Shown: positions 22,504-34,418 of the stretch, one piece after another
Layout of the letters: every line of letters begins with the position of its first letter
Numbering within the stretch: the first letter of the stretch is position 1
Source of the DNA: Phyllosticta citribraziliensis
Lineage: Eukaryota
Length of the DNA stretch: 64,000 nucleotides
Reading direction: 5' to 3'
NCBI RefSeq assembly: GCF_038025025.1
Contig: NW_027117348.1
Span: 124,001 to 188,000 of the forward strand
Position numbers and translations under genes: made by a program
Notes under the pieces: generated by a model
Databases searched by the model: none
Told to the model about the DNA's origin: nothing
What the model saw: the letters and a program-made list of their open reading frames with translations, nothing else

Positions 22504-22841
22504 CTACTTCCAGAATCGGTCGAGTGCCTCGCGGACGGTAGCGATCATGCCGCTATAGTCGTAACGCAGAAGTCGAAGCTTTCTGATTTCGAGCTCAGCC
22601 TCGCGAATGGCCAGGGCCTGCTTCTTTTTCCGGAGCTTCTTCTTTGCTGGATGAGGGGAGACGGGAGCAGCGGGAGCGGCAGCAGCAGCAGCGGGAGCGG
22701 GAGGAGCGGGAGGAGGGCCAGCGTTGGTGTTGCTGGGGCGCGGCTATTCGAGGTCAGCACTGGCGACGGTGTGGGGTACCTTTTGGGATGGAATACCTGC
22801 TGCTTCTCGTCGGCGACGGGCTTTTTCTCGTCGGAAGGCAT
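22504..22841 (-). CDS. Hypothetical small Pro/Ala- and Lys-rich protein, 2 exons
   Basis: MPSDEKKPVADEKQQ + intron GTATTC..GCTGAC..AATAG + PRPSNTNAGPPPAPPAPAAAA..KKKLRKKKQALAIREAELEIRKL..RFWK*. Confidence 0.6.
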
Positions 22842-23296
22842 GGTGGTGGTGTTGTTGCGAGATGGGCTTTCGAAGAAGTTTCTAAGATGTACGCGTCAAT
22901 ACCGTGGCGGGGGAGGGGCTAGATGTGGTACTCACGCCTTTTTGGCTAATGGAGAGTGGTTTTGCGTTGAAAGCTTGTGCGGAATGAAGTTAGATGTCTC
23001 GTTTGGAAGGATGGCGAGGGCGCAAATCATATGGCGTTATTTGCGGTGGGGCCAGCGCGCGCTAGCACAAGGCGCACGCTTCACTGATGTTTAGAGAAGC
23101 ATTCAGAGAAAATTTTGATAGAAGCACGATAAATGAAGAAGCAGAAACATTTCAATTCAGCGCGCCTTCATGACGCTCGATTTTGGAGCGGTTTTGGCTA
23201 GCACATCGCGCCCCCCCAAAAACCCCGTGCTGACCTGCGCTGCTTTCGCTTGGACTCGATGCTAACGAGCTCCCGGCCCTGTAGAGTCCCCAGCCT

Positions 23297-23545
23297 CTAC
23301 TTCTTCTCAGTGTTGGTCGGGTTGGGCTTCGCCGCCTCGATTCCTTCCTCGGCGGTCAGGACCAGGAACTTGGTGTTGGCAGCCTGAAGCTGCTTGTCGA
23401 CGCTCTGCTTGGGAGTCTCAGGCGTGAAAACCAGGAATTTGGTGGCCGACTGGGAGACTTGTCAGTGACAGGCTGCAGGCGGTCTCTACTTAGAACATAC
23501 CGGGCCGGCGCAAGGGCAGGAGGTCTTCTCGTTCTTGGGAGGCAT
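23297..23545 (-). CDS. Hypothetical ~65-aa protein, 2 coding exons
   Basis: MPPKNEKTSCPCAGP + intron GTATGT..ACTGAC..CCCAG + SATKFLVFTPE..NTKFLVLTAEE..EKK*; 5'UTR intron upstream. Confidence 0.55.
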
Positions 23546-24352
23546 CGCTTGGGAGAGGTGCTTCTGGTTTGATCTGGGATAGAAGCGTAAGTACATCGAA
23601 TTTGAGGTTCTCCACCAGAAGAGAGAACGCCATACTCACGTTTGAATGGGAGAGATTCGGTTTTGAAGGGGGTGAGGATGGAGTTCGAGGCGTTGGATTT
23701 TGTGGAAGAAGTGAGTTGAAGTAGGTGTTTAGTGTCGACAGTTTGGGCGGTGCGGCGGTTTTGTCCAACCCAGGCGCCGCGCAAAGCATAGCTGCCGCAG
23801 GCGGAAGCACCGTCCAAACAAGCCTGAATTAACACAGCGTATTGTTAAATCAAGATCAATGGCCGCCGTAGCTGTTGAAATTGAAGCATCTCGACGAGAG
23901 TAGACACATTTTGACATTGGCGGCGAAAAAGTCAACCCACACCACCACAGATTCAGCAACGGTGTCGTGTTCTTGAGTACCTCCATTAAAACCAAACCCT
24001 TTGAATTGAACACAGAAAAGCTGTTGTTTTGACCCCCTTGCCTGTCCCAAATCGTTTCCCATCCTGACTATTGCAAACACCAACTAGGGCCCATTGACAA
24101 ACCTCCTTTTGGTTTCAAACAACGAAGCACCGGGATTGCGGATGGATTCGCGGCTAAATCTGTATGATTGAGTAAGAGGGGTCGCATGTGCGGTGATGTC
24201 CAGCAATTCGGAGACTCAAAGCAAGCAAGGCACTTGTGATGAAGGGACGAAGTAGAAGAGTGTGGAATTGATTGATACAGTATAGAATTCGCTCCCATGC
24301 ATTCGAGGCCCACCCAGGCAAGACTTCCAGAAACCCCAGCGAGACGACCACC

Positions 24353-24862
24353 TCAAACGTCCCTCAGGCCGGACGTCGCCTTCTCGACAACCCAGGCCGC
24401 CTGAGCCATCTTGGCGCTCAGCTCCTGCACCTCCTTCGCGGCCTTGATGGCCTTCTTCACCGAGCCCTTCTTGTCCTCTCGGTGCTTTGCCTCGTTCTTC
24501 TTGGCCGCCTCCGTCTCGGCCCTGAGCTGGTGCAGGATGGCGCGGAGGGCCCGATTCTCCTCGTAGAGCGGCTTCAGGGCCGCGTTCTCCTCCTGCAGCG
24601 CCTTGTTGGCTGCGCGCAGGGCTTCGAGCTCGACGACCTTCGGGTCGCGGACGTCACCCTCGGAGGGGGTGGGCACTTCGCCGTCGCTGGCCTGGCCATC
24701 GCCGCTCTCGCTGCCGCGGTCGGAGGGGACAGGCGCCGGCTCGTTGACCGGTTCCTTGGGAGGTCAGTGTATTGTGATCCTCTGGAGTTCTGGAAAACTT
24801 ACAAATTGGTCGAACAACTCTTCGTTGCTCCGGAAGCACGAGGGCTTCCTGAAAACGGGCAT
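24353..24862 (-). CDS. Hypothetical coiled-coil protein
   Basis: MPVFRKPSCFRSNEELFDQF + intron GTAAGT..ACTGAC..CAAG + EPVNEPAP..LEALRAANKALQEENAALKPLYEENRALRAIL; heptad pattern. Confidence 0.7.
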
Positions 24863-27023
24863 TTTGACTGTATAGTGGAGGTGGTGGTGATCTACGATTG
24901 TCAGAAAACAATGCATGGGTGGGACTTCGGTGACAGGGCGGAACTTTACATTAGGAAGGCTTTGGTGGGAGGGGATGGGGTTTGGCGGAAAGGTGTGAAT
25001 GTGCTGTGGTGTGAATGTGCTGTGGTGGAGAGAGGATGTGGTGCGAGGATGTGGTGTTGGAAAAAGAGCCGCTCGCTTCGGGCGGTGCTGTCAAGTTGCC
25101 CACAACAACCACCGCCGGACGCACCACACCACACGCCAAATGTAGCTTGTCCATCTCCCACACCTCAGAAAAGCCAGTATATACTTCTGCTGGTCCAGAA
25201 CCTTTAGCGCCGGTGACCACATGCCGTATTTAAGGCTTCCAGATTCAGTTGCGATTCAACAAGGAGGATTGCTATCAAGTTGGGCAAGCCCTTTCTCAGC
25301 AGTCTTTGGAGACTACAAACTGACTCTACTCAGGGCCATCGGTTCCTAACAGATCGTCTGTCGAATGGCTTTCGGAAGGTTCTGGGCTGTACGCTTCCAG
25401 TGAAAGCAGTCTCGATCGGCATGAAGACTTGCTTTTGGGAAGTAAAAGCAGTTTACCACACAATATTCCCAGAAACCCAAACAGGCAAAGACGGTACAAA
25501 CGAAAGAGACGGCTAAGGCGAAAAGGACGTACCGCGGGCTCCAATCAACCCTCTTTGGCCCACTCGATTGTTCGTGCTGCCCTCTCGTCTACCCTTCCCG
25601 ACTGTCCGATGCTCGCCGCCAACATGCTCCAGCCTGGAGCAACGCGCTCTTGCAACGTCCCTACTCTCGGCTTCCAAATACGCGAAACCACGGTGGTCAG
25701 CTGGTTGTGCATTCGTTTTACAGACTTCCACAGTGTTCGACATGCGTCCACCGACTCGAAATTCCTACGTTCCGTTCATTCCAGCCCCGACACGACGCGT
25801 TGAATCCGAGACAAGACGATAACAGACAGCTGTCAGTCGGGATGCGGTGCCTGCGGCGGCCTCAATCGACAAGGCTTCGCCCTGCCAAAGGCCTTCAATC
25901 TGCAAGGGAATGAAAGGGTGGGACCCGCCTGGACACGGCCACTAGGTGATGCGTCTCTGGGGCGCGGGTCTCTTCGACAGACCGAAAGGAGTGCGTCAAT
26001 TTGTCCAGGGAGGAGACGGGACAGCCGGCAGGGCAAACTCTGCTCCAAAGTCGATCGCCAAGGCCTAGAATTTACAGGTATCGTCCAATTGTTGCCAGAA
26101 TCCCCAAAAGTTAGGCTGAGAATTGCGTGTTGAACAGATCACTGGAAGTCAAGGCGAAGCGTCACGGGACGAGGCGCTTCATTCGGCGAGCGGCTTTACA
26201 CGAAGAAGACCCAAGGAATGCTTCGCGCACATCGGTCAGGGGTGGCACTCGGCAATATAAGCTCCCTTGGATCTGTTATAGGCACAATAGATCGTTGTGC
26301 AAAGAAGAACATTTTTTTCGATAGGAGAGTCACACATCGGGTTGCCTACGCTGCAGCCACAAGGGATCCAGAGGACTCGGGATGCCAGCTGAGCAATTAC
26401 GATGCGTCATTATCAGCTCCCCTGGATTCGCCTTCTACAACCGCTGGCTTTTAAAGTACCTGCGCATCTACACCTCTTCCTCGACGGCGAGGGTCGTCGG
26501 CCCTGCAGCGTTCCCTGCCCCTGATCGCTCTTCACCGTCAACTCCAGTGCTGCAGCCTATTCCAGTAGTGGATCCATTGAGAGGGACGATTTCTCTCCAG
26601 GAGAAGAGCTCGACTCTGGTCCGAGCGGCGCGTGGGCTACGGACAGCATTGCCGAATCTCCTTGGGACCATCCCCTCTGGATTGGACGACTCCTGATCGC
26701 CCCCGGACTTTCTTGCCTCGAGATCCCGAAGCCGAAGGAAAGACAACGAGCACTTCCTTGCCGTACCATCTCTTTGCGCGGTGGGATTCTCGCGCGTCAT
26801 CGGTAACCCGCATTGAGAGTGGAGCCGCAGTAAAGTGCCCGGACCTCCCTGATACCAACACTTTCGGGCCGAACAACGAAATCCCTTCATCCTCTCCTCT
26901 CTGAAGACAAAAGAGACGAAGATTTCATGGCTTTGAAGTTGCTGGACCAGGTCTGCTTGGTCGTCGTGGATTGTCTCACGATTCATAAAATATTTTAGCC
27001 AGGGCTCCTCCATCAACAACAAG

Positions 27024-27168
27024 TCTTCGATGGTCTAGTGGTGATGATTTCCGCTTGTCATTACAGCGTAGTGCAAGCGCGGGAGACCGGGGTTCGATGT
27101 AAGTCTTGATCTAAACGATCCGCTTGTCCAACAGTTCACTAACAGTATTCACAGTCCCCGTCGGAGAG
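27024..27168 (+). tRNA. tRNA-Asp(GTC) with a canonical intron (27061-27077) and a spliceosomal-type intron (27099-27154) in the T-loop
   Basis: Acceptor stem TCTTCGA/TCGGAGA with discriminator G; A-box TGGTCTAGTGG; anticodon arm TCCGC-TTGTCA^C-GCGGG; variable loop AGAC; T-arm CGGGG-TTCGAT^T-CCCCG; T-runs at 27181-27198. Confidence 0.9.
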
Positions 27169-27740
27169 ATCCAATAATCCTTTCTTTTTGCTCTTTTTGT
27201 CGGCGGTAGTTGCGGATGTGGACATGTCACGCTTTGCAGCAGAGTCTGGCTGTTGATCTTTTCTTTCGCTACAAGACTTCATTGGGTATCGCGCAGCGGA
27301 AGCTCGTTGCGGGTGGTGTTTGCGTGCGTTGAAAACAGCTTTTCTGCGACAAGAGGTTGGCTTGAAAGGCAGGCAATTACGTGAGCCATAAGATAAAAGG
27401 AGCTTGGCACAGCGTATACATGTTCCGCCGAGCTTCCATTTTGCAGGTTCTTTTGTTGCTGGGACAGATGGGTGTTCAGTTCAGTCTGATGGTGCACGGA
27501 CCACCAATGACCTGCGACTGACAACACGGCGTCTGCCAACACCTCTCCCCAAACACATCAACACATTCTCATATTTTGTCGTTTCAACCTACGTTCGAGA
27601 CCTGGGTCCTCAACATCAAAAGGCTTACCACACCTGATTTATTTGGCCCAGAAAGATCTTGCGAGATCTCGAACAGTGTCGAAGCCCATCGCCACGCTTT
27701 GGAGAACGACGGTGACGCGGACCGACGCACCAAAGTCACA

Positions 27741-28409
27741 ATGCCAGACCGCTACGCCAAGCGCAACGTGTACAAGGAGAACAGGTCTGAGCATTCCGAC
27801 CGAAAATGTCCAGGCTGAAGCGCTGACCAAGATTTCAACGACAGCTACGTCCATGGTGGCAGTTCCCTTCTCCCGAACAGCTACGTCCATGCCGATAGTT
27901 CCCTTGTCGCCAACAGCGAGTCCACGTCGCGCGAGGACAAAGCGATGAGGACCCGCCTCGACAACATTTACCAAGATGTCAAGGAAGCCGAGCACGAGAA
28001 CAAGCTCATCACCTCGTCTCTCGTCAACTTCAGAGAGCAGTCCATGAAGGCGGAGATCAAAGAGCTGAAGAAGGCGCTCCACAAAGCCGACAAGAGAGTC
28101 GCCAAGTTTGAGGAGAGGGAAGAGGAATACGAGAACCACATCGAAGTCCTGGAGAGGAAGCTGGAGGACACCAACAAGACCGTCTTCGCGTTCAAAGACA
28201 AGGCCCGCAGGTTGCAGGAGGAGCTCCGTCGTGAGAAGTACTGTGCATTCAGGCTCCAGCAGGAGGGCCGTCCTCTCGTGGTCGCTGGCCCTGGTGGATC
28301 CCGTGGTGCAGAGGGTGCTCAGCAGATCCACTCGGGCAAGTACAAGAAGCGCGACAAGGAACTCGACAGGCTGGTGCAGGAGGAGGCGATGCGAAGGGCT
28401 TCTCGCTAG
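27741..28409 (+). CDS. Hypothetical coiled-coil protein
   Basis: MPDRYAKRNVYKENS + intron ~27785-27844 joining in frame to ORF 27945-28409 (KAEIKELKKALHKADKRVAKFEEREEEYENHIEVLERKLED). Confidence 0.7.
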
Positions 28410-29190
28410 GTAAGCTGCCGCTTCTGTTTCGAGTTGTTGGTTGGACATGGACTGATCGATTTCGTGACAGATGGAGCGGCTATCCAAACTCCAATTTTGC
28501 GACAGAACGACTAGACATGGATCGGATCACCCTCATGCTTGAATTCAAAGACGCCGCCCGTGGGCTACTTTACCAACAACAGAAGATCGACACACAGAGC
28601 TCAGGGCTGCTCAAACGGACCTTCATTCCACCACTTCACGACGGCGGGCTCACGATCGATCGGTTCCGAGGCATCCGCCATTTTCTCGATTCAACTCGTG
28701 CTTCCCCTTCTACAGATCGCCACGATACAACAGGTCGAACAGCGACTGCAAGCCCCGGTGGAGACTTGCTGGAGCGGACTCAGGATGGAGGGAATTTGCG
28801 GTTTCTTTTTCCATTCTCACTTTTTGTTTCTTGCATTCTCACTTTTTGCTTGTCTATGGCTCTGGCGGCCAGTTCGCCCGACTCTTGCTTCGACCCTTGC
28901 AAAACCCCAAAGGATCGCCTTGCCATAGAAATTTCGCAGGTTCTCTTGCGGAAAGCAATGCTGCGTAGACAGGGACAGGCGAAGGCGACGGGTATTCCGA
29001 CAGGCGCTGGAAGGGTGGCCGGACTTTGCTTGAGTCACAGAGAAATTGTCCAAAGGCGTTCACGGTTGCTTTCTTGATTGGCATTACGGTAATGGACAAT
29101 TGAACGACGAGGTTTCTACTGACTACACGCGAGACTTGAAGACGTGAGGAATGGAGAGACGGCATCGGAACACGGCAGCACTGCTACGCA

Positions 29191-29570
29191 GTTGGGCACA
29201 GTGTGGTCGACAACCCAACCGGTTGCGCAAGTTGCGCAATCGATTTGCTCAACGCAATTCAATCAATTAGGTACCCGCTAGTTTGGGGAATCAATCAATT
29301 ATACGTCTCTGATTGCGTTGGCGAGATGTGCTTATTGCGAAAAGGCTTTTTTGGCAGTTTTTAGCCCCTACCACCCCCCTTCTGATTCACTTACTTGTGG
29401 GATCGATATAATTTACTTAGAAATTTATCATTTCACCTTACTTGTGACTCATCCTTCTACTTTGAATAGTACCTAAGGTATCTATAAAGTCTTGGTGCAC
29501 TACTGGGCAACACTGCTCAGTCAGGTTGGACATTGCGTTGCGTTGAGTTCCTGACCACACTGGTTGGGCA
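29191..29570. mobile_element. Non-autonomous hAT-type MITE (364 bp) with 8-bp TSD
   Basis: TIR CAGTGTGGTC 29199-29208 / GACCACACTG 29553-29562, imperfectly extending to ~21 bp; identical GTTGGGCA at 29191-29198 and 29563-29570; subterminal TTGCG/CGCAA repeats; AT-rich interior. Confidence 0.85.
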
Positions 29571-30076
29571 GAGTTGCAAACAACATGTGGAATTGGACGT
29601 TATTGTGGCTCATTCAGTGAGGCGTTGGACTTCCGCGAGGGCTGGCAAGGACCAATTTAACACTTGAACTTTTGATGGTGCTGCTATTGTGCACTGTTTG
29701 CGTACTTCCCAATGGTTCACACTGAGGGACGAAGTCTGTGCGCTGCCGTCGGCGGACTGATGAAGTGCAGTCAGAGGAGTGCCATGTCACGCGTATATTC
29801 CACCACAACACAATCACATTGGTCTTGAGCATTCTCATCAACCCTCTACGAACAGCCTTTATATCCATTCCTGGTGAGTATCTTGTTTCTCGTGCACATG
29901 CAAAGCTAACGTCGCCTCAGGTCACTTCCAAGACTCAGCACAAGGATCTCCGAGCGAAACAAACACTTGCTCCATTACTTGGGAATAACCGCTTTCACGG
30001 TCACAAGGTCCACCCATCACCGAGAAATACTGCTCAAGCGCTGACGAAGGTGACAGCTTTACTATAATCAGTGGCC

Positions 30077-31132
30077 ATGGACCCTCACCAACGCCTGAGG
30101 GAGAGTTGTCGTGATCAAGACCTTGAGTACCAGAGGTCCCTCCACGCCGGCACTGACGCGACGCCACCGCGGCCTTCAATGGCGAATCCTGATCCTGGCA
30201 ATCGAGCCTTGATCTCGCGTCTGCAGCAGAAGGTTCGAGAGGCGGAGAACCAAATCAAGCATTTGGTGGCTAGCGAAACTGGACAGAACCAGCGGATCAA
30301 GGTCCTGGAGGACGAGGTCAAAGCCTTGAAGTCCCAGGTCAAGACGCTAGAGGACCGTCAAAATACCAGCCAGCGCTCCCAGAAAGCCTCCGACAACAAG
30401 CATTCCCACAAACCTTCCGAAAACCAGCGTTCCCACGAAGCTTCCACCGAAAAGCAGCTAGAAAACCTCACTGAGCACGCGGTCAACAAGCTGAACAACG
30501 CTGTCATCAATGGTCACGAACCTCTTGGCAAGAAGCCTGAGGGAAGTCTCCTAGCCCAGACTGGCGCCATTTTCGAGTGCGCCAGCAGAAAATCTGCCTC
30601 GGCCATACACGCAGAATGGGAATGGGACGAGGAAATGAAACTTCTGAAGGAGAAGACTCAGCGTTTCGAGGCCGTGGTCCTGCGCACGAGATCTACGCTT
30701 TCTCCGGCCAACAAGACCAAGAGCCTGATAACGACATCTAAGGACTACGGCAAGGACCTGAAGACCCCGAGCAGCAGCAAGAATCTTCAGCCGGGAGCCA
30801 GCAGCCCACATGAGTCGCCGACCTTCAAATATGGTCGTTATGAGCCAGCGACCAGTAGTCCCTCGCCCAGGAACCAGAGGAATACGCGCACGGAGACCGC
30901 CAACCGCTCTCCCGAAGCCCAGAAGACTGCGCGCACCGACAGTGTCCTGACCGAAGCCGCCAGCCAAATCAGAAGCCGTCCGACTCCCGCGAAGCCCGCC
31001 ACGGATCGCCTCAACAACGGCAAATTGGAATGGTCTACTCGCACCCCTGCGCGCACCGACAGCTCTCGCGAGAAGCACCGCAGGACCAGGTACAGACCAA
31101 GCGAGGACAAGACGCCCAAGGCGGACTCGTGA
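30077..31132 (+). CDS. Hypothetical protein with N-terminal coiled coil
   Basis: Long ORF; LISRLQQKVREAENQIKHL..RIKVLEDEVKALKSQVKTLED heptads; 5'UTR intron 29874-29920; 3' structure uncertain. Confidence 0.65.
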   Translation: MDPHQRLRESCRDQDLEYQRSLHAGTDATPPRPSMANPDPGNRALISRLQQKVREAENQIKHLVASETGQNQRIKVLEDEVKALKSQVKTLEDRQNTSQRSQKASDNKHSHKPSENQRSHEASTEKQLENLTEHAVNKLNNAVINGHEPLGKKPEGSLLAQTGAIFECASRKSASAIHAEWEWDEEMKLLKEKTQRFEAVVLRTRSTLSPANKTKSLITTSKDYGKDLKTPSSSKNLQPGASSPHESPTFKYGRYEPATSSPSPRNQRNTRTETANRSPEAQKTARTDSVLTEAASQIRSRPTPAKPATDRLNNGKLEWSTRTPARTDSSREKHRRTRYRPSEDKTPKADS

Positions 31133-32361
31133 AAGGCCGACGCGCCGGACAGCAATTGCAAGGCTGAGCCGTTCTCTTACTACAAGCGCGAGTATGGCGC
31201 TGTTGTCATGAATTTGCCACCCAGCAATCCTGTTCTGGGGAAGTCAAGTAGAAGGTGTATGGGGAGCCTGTGTGATGGGAAGGCCTGGGGACTGGAGAAT
31301 CGGATTCAAGAGAGGCACGGATTGGAAGGCTGAATCTTGGACGACTCAGCTTCTTGATTTTGTGAGCAAAGGCTTCTGTATTGGCTTGACTTCTCTGTCG
31401 TTTCGGTAACCTGTTCTACGAGTTCACTTGCTTTCAGTTCCTGTCGAATTGTCACGGAGCGGTCGAGGAGAATGGGATGGAGCGACAGTGTGGCGGCGTT
31501 GCAAGGGTCACGGGACAGGAGATGAATAGCTAGAAATTAATGGATTAAGTACCAACTCTCCTGTAGCCCAAGTGAAATCATCTCCGTGCGAGGGCTTTGA
31601 TTCTGATGTCCGAAGATGCTTCCGCACTTTCCGTGCCGGCTGTTCAGTACAAAGACCGTGACTTGCGCGGATGGAGGACTTTGGATTAACCAACGGTGCT
31701 CTGCTCGGACGAGGATCAAATCGTTTTCTCGGTTCTATCACCAGCATTTGCAAACTGCCAGAGATTTGTATGGCTCAACTGTCAATGGTATCTTAATCAG
31801 CATTGTGGCAGCTCTGCGACACAGTACGCTGATGGGGTGCTCGAAAGGAAGGGGAATCGAAAGAGCGCAGACACTGGACCCACAAGGGCTCAGCTTTGTT
31901 TAGGTACAATGAGTGAGCCCGCATGAACCCTTCGGAGTCGTTATTCTGGGGTGGAGTAACAATTTCATCGATATCTAACACAGGTTGCTTTGTTTCCCGT
32001 TCAATATTCTTCTCGCATGTCCCAACATGTTTAAAACCCCTGTAGCCCAAGTGGCACCACCAAAGAACGCTGGTTTTGATGCCGTTCTCTGGCATGACTC
32101 TTTCCTCCCACATGCTTGTCCTTGTACTTCCTTACACCCCCTTTCTCTCTCTTGTTCAACACACCAGCCATCCCCACAAAGAAACAAGACCCCTCGACCA
32201 CGAAGTGTGCGTCCTCCCTGCAATGCCCCTGTCAACCATTCCCCTCCCTCCATGTCCATCCAAGTGTATCACCCCCTCGCCGTATTTCCTTCCTCCGCGA
32301 GTCCGCAGGGCGCCAATGAATGAATATGACGGAAAAGAAGGGAAGACCGTTGATCTAGTGC

Positions 32362-33345
32362 CTACTTCTTTGCTCCTTGTGCGTGGAAGAATTTGGCCGA
32401 GATGTGCTTGGCTTTCTCCACAATCTTCTGAGGAACCGAAGAGCCAGCGTCGCGAATGAGATGGAAGAGTTCCGCGACGTCCGAAGCCAAGCGAGAGTTG
32501 TATTCTTGGGCGACTGCGACTTCAGATCTAAGCGCCTTGTTTTCGCTCTCAAGCTGGCGGATCTTCGACTGCGCCGCGAGAGCTGCTTGGTCCGTCGACT
32601 TGGCCTTTAGCTTCTTCGCAACTTCTTCGCGCTCCTCCCTCAGCCGGGCGATCTCCTTGTCCAGTTCCTCGACGCGAGCCTCGAATGTCGACGCGTCAGC
32701 ATTTCCAGCCTCCTGCTTGTGCGCAGTGTCGCCGTGGATTTTAGCGCACTCGTGGATCTTGGCCGTCATGGTATTGAGGGCGCCGTCCATCTGCTTGTTT
32801 TCGTTTTCGATGTTCGTGATGTGCGTCTGAAGGGTGTCGACGGTGCCGCTGAGGTTTTGATTGTTCCTCTCGGCGGCGGCCAGGCGCTTCCCCAGCAAGA
32901 CCATGTCGTTGCGCAGCTGGATGTTTTCCTGACAAAGGCGTCAGTATTGGAAGTGTTAGATGTTTTGAAATCAACTTACGACTTCTGCTGCGACCTGCTC
33001 TTCAATTCCAACTTCTGGGTTGTCCTTGTTGACGACCGGCGCAGCAGGGCTGGTAGCTGAGCCAGAAACCTTTGACTTCGACTCGATGTCGGCGGCGTCT
33101 TTGTTGTGTTTGGTGTTGACTCGGGCGGAAGCACGAGCTGCATGACTTTTGCTGTTGTCCTGGACAGTTGCGACCACTGGTCCTGTCCGAGGCTTCCTCT
33201 CTCGAATCCAACGATCTGGCTTGCCGGCGTGATGCTTGTGGCCTCTGGGCGAACGGACCGTCTTCGTTTCTGGCTGTGAACGCTTCTTGGGGTGATAGAC
33301 ACCAGCCATCTGCTCAACGAAGGTACCAAAGGTAGTGGGAGCCAT
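32362..33345 (-). CDS. Hypothetical coiled-coil protein, 2 exons
   Basis: MAPTTFGTFVEQ..QVAAEV + intron 32979-32929 + ENIQLRNDMVLLGKRLAAAERNNQNLSGTVDTLQTHITNIENEN.. Confidence 0.75.
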
Positions 33346-34418
33346 TTCGAAAGGTCGTGATTGGAGCGAGAATTGAGAGTGGAGCGATTGGGCAAAGTGT
33401 GGTCCGAAAGTTGGAGCGTGAGGAAATTTGGATATCGGTGAAGAGTTCAAAGATTGATCTGTTGTGTTGATGGGAACAGAAAAACCGAGCTGCGAAGGTT
33501 GTGTTGACCGGGAGCTTCGACGGACGAGCAAACAATCATCCTGGGCACGCGCCACCTGGACATCGACAACAACGCGCGAGACGCGTCCGCAGATAGCCAA
33601 GGCAAAGTTAACACTCTGCTGTGTCAAGTTGGTGCCAACAATGCTCCCGGTCCATCCTCAACCCTCGGCGAAAACAATGCCTGGGACAGTGATTCGGTCG
33701 GGGGACACATCGAGACTGGAAAGGAGCGGAGCATATCTTAGGTGGTAGAACTTGAAGCTTCGTCGAAATACGTTGGCTCCATCAACAATGCCTATGGTTT
33801 ACTTGTAAACAAATTGAACGTGGGTGAGAAGAAGTCTTTGAACCATCCGTGAATGAGAGGTTGAATTAATCGCATTTGTATCAAGCTGGTCTAGAAACCC
33901 CAAAGCAACCAAAGTAAAAGAGTCGTGAAAGCCCCCTGAGCCCTCATGTCAGACCCGACGACAAGCAACTGACAGAATAGAAACCGTGAAAACCCAAGTG
34001 CAAGTGAAAGTACCAAAAAGGCCCATCTCCAACTGTCCCGCGTGAGGCTTGCAGACGTACGACGTAAGGGTAAGACGAATGAACCCGAAGCCTGGAATCT
34101 ATCGTGGCCGTGTTAGAGCTGAAGACGACTTGAAAGAAAACCACCGGGGAAGACTGACCTCGTTGCCCGAACACCGTGCCCGAAGCAATCGTCTCAAGAG
34201 TCCCTCTCTTTCATGTCTCGGACAAAGCGAGCCGTGGGGAAATGTATTGCCACAGCGATACGTACAAAGAACAGACAGATGTTGAGGGTCGACAGGGAGC
34301 AGACTTGAAGCGCGGAAGAAGAGCTGGGCTCCGAATGAACAACCGGATCTGTTGAGGAGAAGAAATTAGCTTGAGCAGAGAAGGGTGAGTTGATTGAACG
34401 TACCCAGCAGGCATGCGC

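Noticed and set aside
26468..27022. 184-aa minus-strand ORF abutting the tRNA
   Set aside because: TTG start immediately at the tRNA 5' flank and no recognisable features.
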